DNA from: Candidatus Magasanikiibacteriota bacterium
GTDB taxonomy: Bacteria > Patescibacteriota > Patescibacteriia > Magasanikbacterales > GWA2-37-8
Assembly (NCBI GenBank): GCA_041678665.1
Contig: JBAYNU010000005.1
Location: 1-63,560, forward strand
Reading direction: 5' to 3'
DNA: 63,560 nucleotides
Shown here: one piece after another, positions 17,862 through 27,956 of the stretch
Position numbering within the stretch: position 1 is the first letter of the stretch
Layout: every line of letters begins with the position of its first letter
Notes under the pieces: model-generated
Seen by the model: only the letters and a program-made list of their open reading frames with translations
Told to the model about the DNA's origin: nothing
Database searches by the model: none
Translations under genes and position numbers: made by a program

Positions 17862-18880
17862 ATATTAATGATATTTCTGATCAAATCTTTTAATTTTACA
17901 AACATTTTAAAATGAAAACGGTCATTTACCCAACTACCCGACCAGATGATTTCTTCCATAAAGCCAGATTCAAAATCCAATCCATAATACTCATGGTAAA
18001 CTTGCAATAAATCCCGAGCTTGTTTTTTGTAATCCAAATTGTTAAGAATATATTGCCGCGGATTAAATTGCTTCCACTCCCCCTCCATGGTTTCCAAAGC
18101 ATCGCCTAAGTGCGCGGAATCGGTAACTTTGATACCGCAGGTACTATCAAAATATTCCGCAACCGTTGCCAGTTTATAACCACTCTCCTCATCTGTAAAT
18201 AATTTTTTTTCTTTTATCGGCGGATCCCAATGACCCAAACTATCTACATCCCAAACCAATAAAGGCACCCCACAAGCCAGCGCCTCTTCTAGAGCAATTC
18301 CTTGGGATTCTTGTCTACCTAACCAAATACCATATTTTGACTGTGTTAATATATCTCGAAATTCTTTCTCGTCATACTTGCGATAAACAATCAATTTATA
18401 TTCTATATGTCTATCATTCAAAAGATTCTCTACTATTTTAAGCTCCTCTCGGTAACGTTGCTTAAAATAGAGCATCACTAATTTCTTTTCTACCCTACTT
18501 GTATAAAAATCATCTGTATCTATTCCGGCTGGCCACACCTCCATAGCGCTGCCAGTATAACCAAAATGAACCCAAAAATTTTTTATCCATTGAGAAGGAT
18601 ATAAAAATACAGCTCGCTTAATATCAATATTTTTGGGGATATTGCTAGGCTTAATAAATAAATTAGGACCAATAACTACGTGAATATTGGACGGTAAATT
18701 CTTAATAAATTTTAAAGCATAAACATCGTCGTGAATCCACAGCCGCCGACAAGCATCCAATCGCTGATTAACAACATATGGATAGCCGAGGGCTTCAAGA
18801 CCTTTAATAAAATTTTTGACCACCTTTTGGGGACCGCTGACATTGTTGGATAGATATGAACGGGATATAATATTGATCAT
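17840..18880 (-). CDS. GT-B-like glycosyltransferase
   Basis: ESQGIALEEALACGVPLLV. Start set to MINIIS (18880), which gives an ATGA overlap with the upstream TGA stop. Confidence 0.55.
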   Translation of the reverse strand: MINIISRSYLSNNVSGPQKVVKNFIKGLEALGYPYVVNQRLDACRRLWIHDDVYALKFIKNLPSNIHVVIGPNLFIKPSNIPKNIDIKRAVFLYPSQWIKNFWVHFGYTGSAMEVWPAGIDTDDFYTSRVEKKLVMLYFKQRYREELKIVENLLNDRHIEYKLIVYRKYDEKEFRDILTQSKYGIWLGRQESQGIALEEALACGVPLLVWDVDSLGHWDPPIKEKKLFTDEESGYKLATVAEYFDSTCGIKVTDSAHLGDALETMEGEWKQFNPRQYILNNLDYKKQARDLLQVYHEYYGLDFESGFMEEIIWSGSWVNDRFHFKMFVKLKDLIRNIINIWKNTIV

Positions 18881-19827
18881 ACTTTTTGAGCGCGTACAAA
18901 TACTCCCCATGTTTTCAGATCTTGTTCATCCAAATTACGAAAACGTGCAGATAATTGTTGATGGTCAATACCGGGCTCCGACTGATACTTCAACAAATCG
19001 ACTATCATAAAATTAAATTTTTTAAAAAAAGACAAGTGGGTTGATAACGGCTGACGATTAAGTAAAAAAGGTCTTCCCCCCTTAACTAATCTCCAAACAA
19101 AATCTGAAAAAGCCCAATGACCGTTATAATCCAAAGCGGTACCATGACAACGAAAATCTATCATGTGAGACATCAGCCCCTGGGGCTTAAGCCAGCATCG
19201 CATAGCCTGATATGTTAATTCTAGCTCGTCAACATGTTCCAAGACAAACTGTGAATAAATAAAATCTACACTATTTTCCTTAATCACCGCCGGGTTGTAC
19301 CAAGGGGCAAAATAATTAATGAAACCTTTGCTGTGGTTAGATCCTACCAGCTCGCTCCTAATGGAATCTATTCGCCCCGGTTCTAGGAATCCACCCAAAA
19401 GCTCATCAGACAAAATCTGGTAGGGAAAATCATAATTTTTTAATGTAGGATAAATATTGGGACATTCACGTTCGTCTGGTATTCGTTCTCTTTTGCGAAA
19501 AAGCTCCACTAATTCATCAAAAATTTTAATATTACGACGGCTATTTATATGTTTAAATGCATCTAGAGCAAAATATTTATCCGCACCGGATAATAACGCC
19601 GCCAACCCGATCCCAATAGAATCTCCCGGTCCAATTTCGGCAACCACTTTGGGTATATAAGGTATGTCAGTATTTTGAGCCAATATTAAATGTCTTAACC
19701 ATACCGAATAACAATAGCGAGCGGAAATAGTTCCGCCAGTACCTTTACAAAATAATCGATAAGTACCTGGTATAAATGTTGCCAACCCTTTCAATAATAC
19801 TTTGAACGGTGGCAAATTATTTCTCAT
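18877..19827 (-). CDS. SAM-dependent methyltransferase
   Basis: Motif I EIGPGDSIGIG followed by ALD. 316 aa. Confidence 0.6.
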   Translation of the reverse strand: MRNNLPPFKVLLKGLATFIPGTYRLFCKGTGGTISARYCYSVWLRHLILAQNTDIPYIPKVVAEIGPGDSIGIGLAALLSGADKYFALDAFKHINSRRNIKIFDELVELFRKRERIPDERECPNIYPTLKNYDFPYQILSDELLGGFLEPGRIDSIRSELVGSNHSKGFINYFAPWYNPAVIKENSVDFIYSQFVLEHVDELELTYQAMRCWLKPQGLMSHMIDFRCHGTALDYNGHWAFSDFVWRLVKGGRPFLLNRQPLSTHLSFFKKFNFMIVDLLKYQSEPGIDHQQLSARFRNLDEQDLKTWGVFVRAQKV

Positions 19828-20752
19828 AATAATTTATAATCGCTTTAATAAAATAGTACAAACCCCGCCCATTAATATACTTCCATTTAAAGAGATTTCT
19901 TTTCTGGCATTGGTTAAGTAAATTTCTATATTCAATAAAACTATTAGAAAAACTCGCAATTGATAGTATTAAATTATTAGTCGACCATTTAAGGAATAAA
20001 TTAGCATCAGTTGTGTTCATGGGCTGCGGCAATGAATCCCTGTAAAATTCAAATAACCCAATAATATAACTAAATCTTTTACAATCATCAGTTTTAGCTA
20101 CTTGCCCAGGATGCATACGATAATTTACTAACGACTCATTTAAGACTGCTATTTTACCTTTTTTAGACAATTCAATTAAAAAAGGACGATCAAACCATTT
20201 ATTGTAATTGGAAGTAAAATATTTAGAATCAATTAAACAATTAGTTTTATACAAAACTGTATCAAATGCCAAATGAAAGTTACCCAACAAAAGCCTAGTC
20301 AAACCGGCAGAGTCAAAGATACCCGATGCGATCTTGCCAGAAATTTCATCAAATTGGCTCATCCGAACATGATCGTGAACAAACCTTAATCCCGTCCCTA
20401 CCCAGATCAAATCAGATTTATTGTTCATAACATTTATGACTCTCTCAAGTAAATGTGGATGCATAGTATCGTCATCGTGAAAGATCATTAGATAAGGAGA
20501 GTCAAATTGATAATGAATAATCTTATCAAAATTTCCCAATTGACCGACATTAACATCATTCTTGATTAAAGTAATTCTAGAATCATGAAATTGATCTAAT
20601 GTGTTTTCTATATCAAAATCACTTTTGTTATCAAAAATAACTATTTCAAAGTCTTGAAATGTTTGATTAAAAATGCTCCTGATGCATTCCTTCAGGTATG
20701 CCTCTCGATTATAAGTAGGTATAGCAATAATCAATCTTCTCATAGAATCCAC
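19817..20752 (-). CDS. GT2-family glycosyltransferase
   Basis: IAIPTYNREAYL, FDNKSD, FHDDDT. Confidence 0.8.
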   Translation of the reverse strand: MDSMRRLIIAIPTYNREAYLKECIRSIFNQTFQDFEIVIFDNKSDFDIENTLDQFHDSRITLIKNDVNVGQLGNFDKIIHYQFDSPYLMIFHDDDTMHPHLLERVINVMNNKSDLIWVGTGLRFVHDHVRMSQFDEISGKIASGIFDSAGLTRLLLGNFHLAFDTVLYKTNCLIDSKYFTSNYNKWFDRPFLIELSKKGKIAVLNESLVNYRMHPGQVAKTDDCKRFSYIIGLFEFYRDSLPQPMNTTDANLFLKWSTNNLILSIASFSNSFIEYRNLLNQCQKRNLFKWKYINGRGLYYFIKAIINYYEK

Positions 20753-20756
20753 ATCT

Positions 20757-21617
20757 TTAGTTTGATATATTATTAAAACTTTCCTCTACCTCTTTGACCA
20801 ACTCATTTTTCTTTAAACTATAATTATCTTCAATACTTTCTAAGGTAATATTATTTTCAATCTCATACAACCTCGCAAACATCATAAAACGATAAAATGA
20901 TAATGATAAGGCGGAAATCAATCCTACTCGACCATTTTTGTAACCATCTCGATAATATATATAAAAATAACGCAACATACTAATAAACATTCTCCAAATA
21001 CTAAACTTCTTCTTAGCGCCATAACGTTCGCTAGCCTCTAGATCAGCAACACGCATATGATTACCAATAAATTTCTTGATATTGTAAACACTGAAATGGC
21101 GAATTGCAAATTCATCCTTCATTGGTAATTTAATAATTTCATCAGAAAATCCGGTAAATTTACCCAAACCGTGAACGTAATTGTTAAAAAAATTAATAAA
21201 ATCTTTCCTAAAAAATCTAGGAGAATATCCTTTCTCCATTGGATAATCAACTTTTCCTAAATTATATGTAAAAATTGGCAATAAAACATACTTATATTTA
21301 TCAGACGAACTTAACTCAACTAATTTTTCCAATAAACTTTTAGGCATTAAATTGTCGGCATAACCCCAAAAAATCCAGTCGGTCTTGACGAGGGGCTTAA
21401 TAAAATCAAACATCTGTTGATTTTCGGCGTAATCAATCTCTAATTTTGGTCTGACAACAAATCGAGCGCCCGATGCTTCTGAAATTTGCCGAGTTTTATC
21501 TGTACTCCCATCATCTAACACCAATACCTCTCCGTAATGGATCAGATTCCTAATAACATATTCGATCCTCTTTTCCTCATTAAAAGTGAAGACCAAAAAA
21601 GTGATATTACTTTTCAT
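20757..21617 (-). CDS. GT2-family glycosyltransferase
   Basis: LVFTFNEEKRI, LDDGSTDKT. Confidence 0.78.
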   Translation of the reverse strand: MKSNITFLVFTFNEEKRIEYVIRNLIHYGEVLVLDDGSTDKTRQISEASGARFVVRPKLEIDYAENQQMFDFIKPLVKTDWIFWGYADNLMPKSLLEKLVELSSSDKYKYVLLPIFTYNLGKVDYPMEKGYSPRFFRKDFINFFNNYVHGLGKFTGFSDEIIKLPMKDEFAIRHFSVYNIKKFIGNHMRVADLEASERYGAKKKFSIWRMFISMLRYFYIYYRDGYKNGRVGLISALSLSFYRFMMFARLYEIENNITLESIEDNYSLKKNELVKEVEESFNNISN

Positions 21618-22591
21618 ATTTTTATCCCTATAAACTTCTTGTTAAAGTTCCTGATAATTTTAATCACCGGGTTCGGTATGATAAATACCAAAGTAGCCAT
21701 GAATAACAAAAAAGGTTGCTTAATAAACTCGGCCCAAATCATCTTAAAATTTTTCATCGTGCAAGGCAAATCATGGCCTTTGGCTCGAAGCAAAATTACC
21801 AATATCCGATGCGATAATCGTTTTTCTTCGAGAGCCAATTTCTTTTTATCGTAGCCAAAATCATACATTCTCCTAACCAATTTCCTCAAATTGAGATAAA
21901 CCTCCAACTCCAAACCATTGGCCACCCACTCACATCCATTCCGGGCAAGGAGAACGGGATAACTCACATACGCAAAGGGCAACCGAGATTGGGGTAGTAT
22001 TTTTAATACCGGCAAATAGTATTGCCAGCCGGTGATCATCCGATCCCGCTCCGCGTTCTCAAGCCATAAGGACCTATCAAAAACCAAAACTGATAATATC
22101 CCGAGACAATAACCGCCGAACGAATACTCCTCAAAGGAATTAAATGATTTTATAACATTCTGATCTATTTTGGTATAGTCGGAAAATAACTCTTCTCGCC
22201 GAACGCATTCCTTATAATTAACCGTCAAAACGGACACCTCATTCTTTTCTAAAAAATTAACAACCAACTCAATCCCCCCATTTATTACTGCGTCGTCATC
22301 TCCTAATGTCCAGCAATATTTTCCTTTCGATTTTTCCACTACATTGTAAACATTAAAGTCAAACCCCATATTGACTTGGTTCCGATAATAAACAACGTTA
22401 TCATGTATTTTTTGGTATTCTCTGACTGTCTGCTCGGTATTGTCCTGACTGCCATTGTCGGAAATAACAATTTCTACTTTATCCTTTAGATCTTGATCGG
22501 CAAACTGGCCAACCAAACTATCCAAACAATCTTTTAGATAATGTGCGCGATTATATGTAGGGACGCAGATGCTTAAGATGGGATTTGACAT
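21614..22591 (-). CDS. GT2-family glycosyltransferase
   Basis: SICVPTYNRAHYL, SDNGSQDNT, LGDDD. Confidence 0.8.
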   Translation of the reverse strand: MSNPILSICVPTYNRAHYLKDCLDSLVGQFADQDLKDKVEIVISDNGSQDNTEQTVREYQKIHDNVVYYRNQVNMGFDFNVYNVVEKSKGKYCWTLGDDDAVINGGIELVVNFLEKNEVSVLTVNYKECVRREELFSDYTKIDQNVIKSFNSFEEYSFGGYCLGILSVLVFDRSLWLENAERDRMITGWQYYLPVLKILPQSRLPFAYVSYPVLLARNGCEWVANGLELEVYLNLRKLVRRMYDFGYDKKKLALEEKRLSHRILVILLRAKGHDLPCTMKNFKMIWAEFIKQPFLLFMATLVFIIPNPVIKIIRNFNKKFIGIKI

Positions 22592-22616
22592 AGCACTTAT
22601 AAATATTTTTATATTT

Positions 22617-25319
22617 TCATTTATTGTGAGATTCTAATAACAACATATCGTAACCGCTTGAGCTGGCCGTTGTATATTTATTTTTTAATACATTGCTGAT
22701 CTCTAAATCAGCCAGAGGAATACTCGCTGGATAAACAAAAACTGGAGTGGAGGTATTGGTGTCCAAGAAATTTACTATCGTATTTATCTCCCCCTGATAA
22801 AAAAAATCCGACGCCGATGGCAAATCTAAAACTGAAACTGTGCCGGACTCGCCATAATAAATACCATCGTAAGATTTTGAAGATAATATTAATATCTTAT
22901 CTCCCCGCTGTGTATTCTGTTTTATGAACTGAACATTGTGGACAGCGGGCTCATCTTCGTTTTTCAAGAAAGAAGAAAAACCTAATTGAGCACCACCTAA
23001 TAATCGACCACTATTATAAAAAAAACTCGGTATAGAGGAAAAAAGAAAAAAAGAAATAAACAAAAACAATATAAGACTGCCATTTACTTTTAAACCCTGC
23101 GAAACAACAAATACCAATAGCCTCTCCGTAAAAATAGCTAGAATTAATATAGCCGGGAAAGAAGGGCCGACTAAATTAAAATCATGAGATCGACCAGTAT
23201 AATACGAGAAGAGGCCGAGACCCAAGGCTGCTAATAAAAAGATTACCTTACTTCGGTCGGTTAAGTTGTTGTTGTATAAAGCCTTAAAAGCATAAATTAA
23301 TCCTGATAGGTAAATGATGACAACTAAATTCCAGGTATGCGGCGGCGGCAACATGGGAATAAGAAAATAACCTGATAAAAATAATCTTTGATATTTTAAA
23401 AATAATTCAGGATGTACTATCTGGCCGCTTTGTAAATAGTTGAATAATACAAAGAAACCAATTACAGTGACCAGCGAAACTAATCCTGTGAGTACATGCG
23501 ACAGGGCACATTTGGCGGTTTTTTCAAGGTTGTGCCAATCACAGTCGGCATAAATTAATGTAAAAATCCAAGCAAGAAAAACTATTAGATTCGTCTCAAA
23601 ATTCCACAGTACTCCCACGGAATATAAAAAAAATGAAAATATATACAACGCCTTGCTCTTATACTTAAAATACAGCGGGGCTAACAAAATTAAAAGGCAT
23701 GGAAAAATAGTCCGAATTGGCCAATATTGAAAACCTGGTTGTCCCCCTCCGACATAGCTGGTTACATAATACGAATAAAAAAATACACTCAGAAAACTTG
23801 ACAATATTATAAACTTATTCTTTAAATTAAAATGCAGAAAAAATAAAATAGATACAAATGACGCCACTACTAGCACGGCCATTGCTATAGTAAAGTGCAG
23901 AACGGATAAACCAACGAAATCGAAGATCGACTTCAAAAAAATCGGAAATAAACCATACAAACTGCTCAAATTGACTAGAATAGTCTTGCCAAAAATAATT
24001 TGAGTTGAAGGATAAAAAACCGGATCAAAATGATAAGGATCAGAAAGATTAACTAGGCCGTAGATATTAAAAAAGAAAAGAAAAATTAGAGTGGCGGCCA
24101 CCAATATATATGATAAGAAACCCACCAATTTATTGATCACCTGTTTTTTTTCAACACCGAATGCTAGTAGTAAAAAAACTGGAAATAACAAAAATGGGTA
24201 TATTAATTTACCATAATAACTATAAAAATAACTACCTCGTATATAGAGAAAATTACTCATCGCCAAACCCACAAAGGTCAGAAAAAACAAAAATAAAATT
24301 GACAGCGGCGTAAGATAACGATAATATGCAGAAATTTTAGTATCGTCAATTTTTTTTAAATATCTACTTAAAAAAATATAAGAAAAAATTATTAAAAATG
24401 GCACAGCAAGCAAGCTCACTATAAATTGAAGTTGCTCTACCGGCTTTGGTAAAAATGTATTCATTAAGCGGCTAAGATAGATCTCCTTGGCCTGTGTTAT
24501 AATCGGTAAAATATTTGGTCGATAAATAAAAAAGATTAAACCATTAATTACTACGAGCAAAAGGCCAACTGCGATCAAAACAGAACAAAAAAGCAAATAA
24601 TCTCTTTTTTCCGGAGTGGTATCAATATAAATATTTTTACTACTATAATTTCTAATCAAAGAAACCAGCCCTAATGACAACAAAAAAGCCAACAATATGA
24701 TAAAAAATGGCGACAAAGAAGCGGCCAACGGCCCTAAAATCAACTTATCGTCTCCTGACCAATTAATCAAACTGCCAAAGAAATCTTTTCTAACCGGTAT
24801 GAGAGACTGCGCGCCCCTAACACTTGGCGGGGCCTCTAATAATAAATCAATGGCCGCTCCGCTATTTTCATCTATAAAAAAACCGGGAGAATTAGTTGGT
24901 ATCTTTCGCCAATTATTAAATAATTCCACCCCGGAAAATTCAAACTTTTTTTGACCAATCTCGATTACAATCGACTTGATTTTCGATGAGTCCTCGCTTG
25001 TGACACCGAAAAAAAATCTACTGATAAATCCATTTTGGTAGCGCCACTGTTTCGGATTATCTTTAATTAATTCCAAACCAGAAATATTACCGGCGTGCGC
25101 CAATCTTACAAGTGGCACCATAGCGTAACTATCACCTTCATCAACAGTCACTGTTATAGTGTTGGCCATTTCACGGCTGCCAATCAATCTGATTATCTGA
25201 CCCACCCACACCGAACCAAATAAAATAAATAGGGCAATTACCAATAATACTGGACGGAATTTGAAATGGCAGGTTATATCCGCCCACCATCCCTTGATAA
25301 CTGTCATAAATTTAATCAT
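22617..25319 (-). CDS. 900-aa polytopic membrane protein, candidate GT-C (YfhO/GtrC-type) extracytoplasmic glycosyltransferase
   Basis: One N-terminal helix, a soluble segment of roughly 150 aa, about 20 hydrophobic helices and a soluble C-terminal tail. It lies directly downstream of a polyprenyl-phosphate GT2. Confidence 0.55.
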   Translation of the reverse strand: MIKFMTVIKGWWADITCHFKFRPVLLVIALFILFGSVWVGQIIRLIGSREMANTITVTVDEGDSYAMVPLVRLAHAGNISGLELIKDNPKQWRYQNGFISRFFFGVTSEDSSKIKSIVIEIGQKKFEFSGVELFNNWRKIPTNSPGFFIDENSGAAIDLLLEAPPSVRGAQSLIPVRKDFFGSLINWSGDDKLILGPLAASLSPFFIILLAFLLSLGLVSLIRNYSSKNIYIDTTPEKRDYLLFCSVLIAVGLLLVVINGLIFFIYRPNILPIITQAKEIYLSRLMNTFLPKPVEQLQFIVSLLAVPFLIIFSYIFLSRYLKKIDDTKISAYYRYLTPLSILFLFFLTFVGLAMSNFLYIRGSYFYSYYGKLIYPFLLFPVFLLLAFGVEKKQVINKLVGFLSYILVAATLIFLFFFNIYGLVNLSDPYHFDPVFYPSTQIIFGKTILVNLSSLYGLFPIFLKSIFDFVGLSVLHFTIAMAVLVVASFVSILFFLHFNLKNKFIILSSFLSVFFYSYYVTSYVGGGQPGFQYWPIRTIFPCLLILLAPLYFKYKSKALYIFSFFLYSVGVLWNFETNLIVFLAWIFTLIYADCDWHNLEKTAKCALSHVLTGLVSLVTVIGFFVLFNYLQSGQIVHPELFLKYQRLFLSGYFLIPMLPPPHTWNLVVIIYLSGLIYAFKALYNNNLTDRSKVIFLLAALGLGLFSYYTGRSHDFNLVGPSFPAILILAIFTERLLVFVVSQGLKVNGSLILFLFISFFLFSSIPSFFYNSGRLLGGAQLGFSSFLKNEDEPAVHNVQFIKQNTQRGDKILILSSKSYDGIYYGESGTVSVLDLPSASDFFYQGEINTIVNFLDTNTSTPVFVYPASIPLADLEISNVLKNKYTTASSSGYDMLLLESHNK

Positions 25320-25348
25320 ATTATAGTACCATCATTTCTAATTATCCA

Positions 25349-26050
25349 TTATCCTCTCAAACGTAATCTGATCAGAGTAAAAATATAAGTTATCATAAAA
25401 ACAAACAGATTCCTCTTGGTCTTGCCTCGTATTCGACCCTTAAAATTAAAAGGAATTTCTTTAATTATGATATTATTATTGACCCTCTTTAATTTAAAAA
25501 GTAATTCTTCTATGATATCAAAATGGCTGCTGTCGAGATTTACTAATTTAAGATCAGCGGCGTGATAAAGTTTAAAACTATTAGACACATCTTTACAGGA
25601 TAAATTTAAAACCTTTGAATAAATAAAATTCACAACCAAACTCATAAATACGGTGGCTCGGCTATTTTCGGTCGATCCGCCAGTAATGTAACGAGAGGCG
25701 ATCACCACATCGTTACTATCACGACACGAGTATAAATTGGCAATAAATTCGGGATCATGAGAACCATCTCCATCCATAAAAATTATATACCGGCCGCGCG
25801 CATACTTAATACCGGTACGAACGGCATCACCATAATTGTTTCCGCAATCACGATTTCGATATAAAATATTTCCCGGAATATCCGAACAGACATGTGCGGT
25901 ATTATCCATTGGCAACATGGTGTCGATTACCAGTACTTCGTAACTTGGTTCGACTTTCGACAAAACGCCAACAAGACGGGGCAATATTATCCCTAAATTT
26001 TCCGCCTCTTTGTACGCGGGTACTACCACACTCAGCTGAATATCATTCAT
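25349..26050 (-). CDS. Polyprenyl-phosphate glycosyltransferase (Dpm1/GtrB/CsbB-like GT2)
   Basis: VVPAYKEAENL, FMDGDGSHDP, C-terminal hydrophobic helix. Confidence 0.75.
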   Translation of the reverse strand: MNDIQLSVVVPAYKEAENLGIILPRLVGVLSKVEPSYEVLVIDTMLPMDNTAHVCSDIPGNILYRNRDCGNNYGDAVRTGIKYARGRYIIFMDGDGSHDPEFIANLYSCRDSNDVVIASRYITGGSTENSRATVFMSLVVNFIYSKVLNLSCKDVSNSFKLYHAADLKLVNLDSSHFDIIEELLFKLKRVNNNIIIKEIPFNFKGRIRGKTKRNLFVFMITYIFTLIRLRLRG

Positions 26051-26053
26051 ATA

Positions 26054-27073
26054 TTATTTATTCATGACCCAATCAAGCATTTTACTGATGCCGGTAACCT
26101 TATCAACACTCGGCGACCAACCGATTATCTTGTTAATTTTACTCAAATCGGCGACGAAAACCCTCTGATCACATTTTCTAATGGGCAATTTGATATAATT
26201 CATTTTAATATGAAACATATCCTCCAAGATATCAAACAATTCTAAAAGGGATAAACTGTTATCCATGCCACCGCCAATATTAAAACTCTGGCCTTTAATT
26301 TTATTAATACCCTCTACGGCCTGCAGATAAAGCGTTATCACATCTTCAACGTGGAGCACATCTCTAACCTGTTTACCGTTACCAGATATTGTAAAAGGCT
26401 CATTAAGTCTGCCCTGTTTAATCTCGACGGCCTTTTGACAAAACCACCCAATCCAACCCTGGTCATAAGTGGCAAATTGACGCCCGCCATACATGGAAGA
26501 ATGCCTAAAAACGACAGTGTTCAGACCGTAAATACGACTAAAATCCTGCATATATTGATCCGCGCTACCCTTGGAACAACCATATGGAGACGAAAATTCC
26601 AGCGGAATACTCTCGGGGAAACCATTCTTAAAATCTGGGGCGATATATCTTTTTGCTAACTCTTCATATTTTACCCATTCCATATCTCCATATACTTTAT
26701 TGGTAGATGAATATATTATTACTGAATGGGGTGAAAATTTACGCACTGAATCCAATAAATTAAGAGAGCCGAGAGCATTTACATCAAAGTCCCTTTTGGG
26801 ATTATTGATTGAGGTGGTCATAGCAACTTGCCCGGCCAAATGAAAAATTGCCAATGGCTCTTCTTTGGTTATTAAATTCTTAACCGCCGAATAATCACTA
26901 ATGTCACCCTTAACAAATTCAAAATTACCCTGACTTTCAAGCCAACGTAAATTTTCGACCGAGCCCAAACGGGATAAGTCGTCAAAAATTACCAAATCAT
27001 CCCCTGTTTGAATGATTTTTTTAGCAAGATTTGCACCCAAAAATCCACAACCGCCAGTTATTAAATACTTCAT
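26054..27073 (-). CDS. SDR nucleotide-sugar epimerase (CDP-paratose 2-epimerase-like)
   Basis: ITGGCGFLGANLA, YGCSKGSADQY, 339 aa. Confidence 0.7.
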   Translation of the reverse strand: MKYLITGGCGFLGANLAKKIIQTGDDLVIFDDLSRLGSVENLRWLESQGNFEFVKGDISDYSAVKNLITKEEPLAIFHLAGQVAMTTSINNPKRDFDVNALGSLNLLDSVRKFSPHSVIIYSSTNKVYGDMEWVKYEELAKRYIAPDFKNGFPESIPLEFSSPYGCSKGSADQYMQDFSRIYGLNTVVFRHSSMYGGRQFATYDQGWIGWFCQKAVEIKQGRLNEPFTISGNGKQVRDVLHVEDVITLYLQAVEGINKIKGQSFNIGGGMDNSLSLLELFDILEDMFHIKMNYIKLPIRKCDQRVFVADLSKINKIIGWSPSVDKVTGISKMLDWVMNK

Positions 27074-27074
27074 A

Positions 27075-27956
27075 TTAATTTCTCATTTGCTTCTCAATTA
27101 ACAACATTTTTGCTAAACCAGATTTGATGTCATATTTTGGTTGCCAACCCAAAAACCTGGTTGCAGCCGTATCGGATTTTGATTCCATTATTTCATTTAC
27201 ACGGTATGGTATGACTCCAAAATTAAGCATCGTCATCTGGTTGCCAGACAATTCTTTTATCATCTCTACCAAGTGTCTGATAGATATCAAATTATTAGTA
27301 CCGACCTCATAATGAAAAAATCCCTTAGTATTTTGGGGGATATTATTAATGATCGCCATAAAGGCATCAACTACATCATCTATATATATAAAATCTCTTT
27401 TTTGTTCGCCTGGGGTCAAATCTATATTATCAACCTTATTTAACAAACAATCAAAAATATAGGAAACGAATTTAGTTTTATCGTCTCCCGGGCCATAAAA
27501 ATGTTCCAAAGCCACGTTAACGCAATATAAACTATTTCTGTATCCTACCAGCCAATCATTAAATTGCTGTTTCGATAAAGAATAATGACTAATGCCTTTA
27601 TCTAAAATTGTATCGGTATTGATAAAACAAAAAACTTTATTTTCTTTGCTTAATTCCAATAAGCGCAGAGGTAGAATCAAGTTCGCTTCAATTATTTGCA
27701 GCGGACTAACTTGTTTACGACCGTAATCGGTGGCACAATGAAGTACAATATCTACAGCATGTTGTTTAAAAATATCCGATAAATTATCCCTATCAATATT
27801 ATAAAACAAAACTTTATTTATATATTTTTCTATTCTGGATAAATTAGAAAAAGACCGCTTAAGTAGTATCACATTGTATTTATCAGAAATCAGGCGTTTC
27901 AGGATATTACTTCCTAAAAAACCAGTACCACCAGTTAAGAGTACCGTCTTAATCAT
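27075..27956 (-). CDS. SDR nucleotide-sugar reductase/epimerase (paratose/abequose-synthase-like or 4-keto reductase)
   Basis: LTGGTGFLGSNI, YSLSK, 293 aa. 8-nt overlap with the rfbH-like gene. Confidence 0.65.
   Translation of the reverse strand: MIKTVLLTGGTGFLGSNILKRLISDKYNVILLKRSFSNLSRIEKYINKVLFYNIDRDNLSDIFKQHAVDIVLHCATDYGRKQVSPLQIIEANLILPLRLLELSKENKVFCFINTDTILDKGISHYSLSKQQFNDWLVGYRNSLYCVNVALEHFYGPGDDKTKFVSYIFDCLLNKVDNIDLTPGEQKRDFIYIDDVVDAFMAIINNIPQNTKGFFHYEVGTNNLISIRHLVEMIKELSGNQMTMLNFGVIPYRVNEIMESKSDTAATRFLGWQPKYDIKSGLAKMLLIEKQMRN

Noticed and set aside
18877-18880. Alternative genetic code (UGA as a sense codon, as in some candidate phyla)
   Set aside because: TGA functions as a stop here in a typical ATGA stop/start overlap, and all family-recognisable proteins have normal lengths under the standard code.
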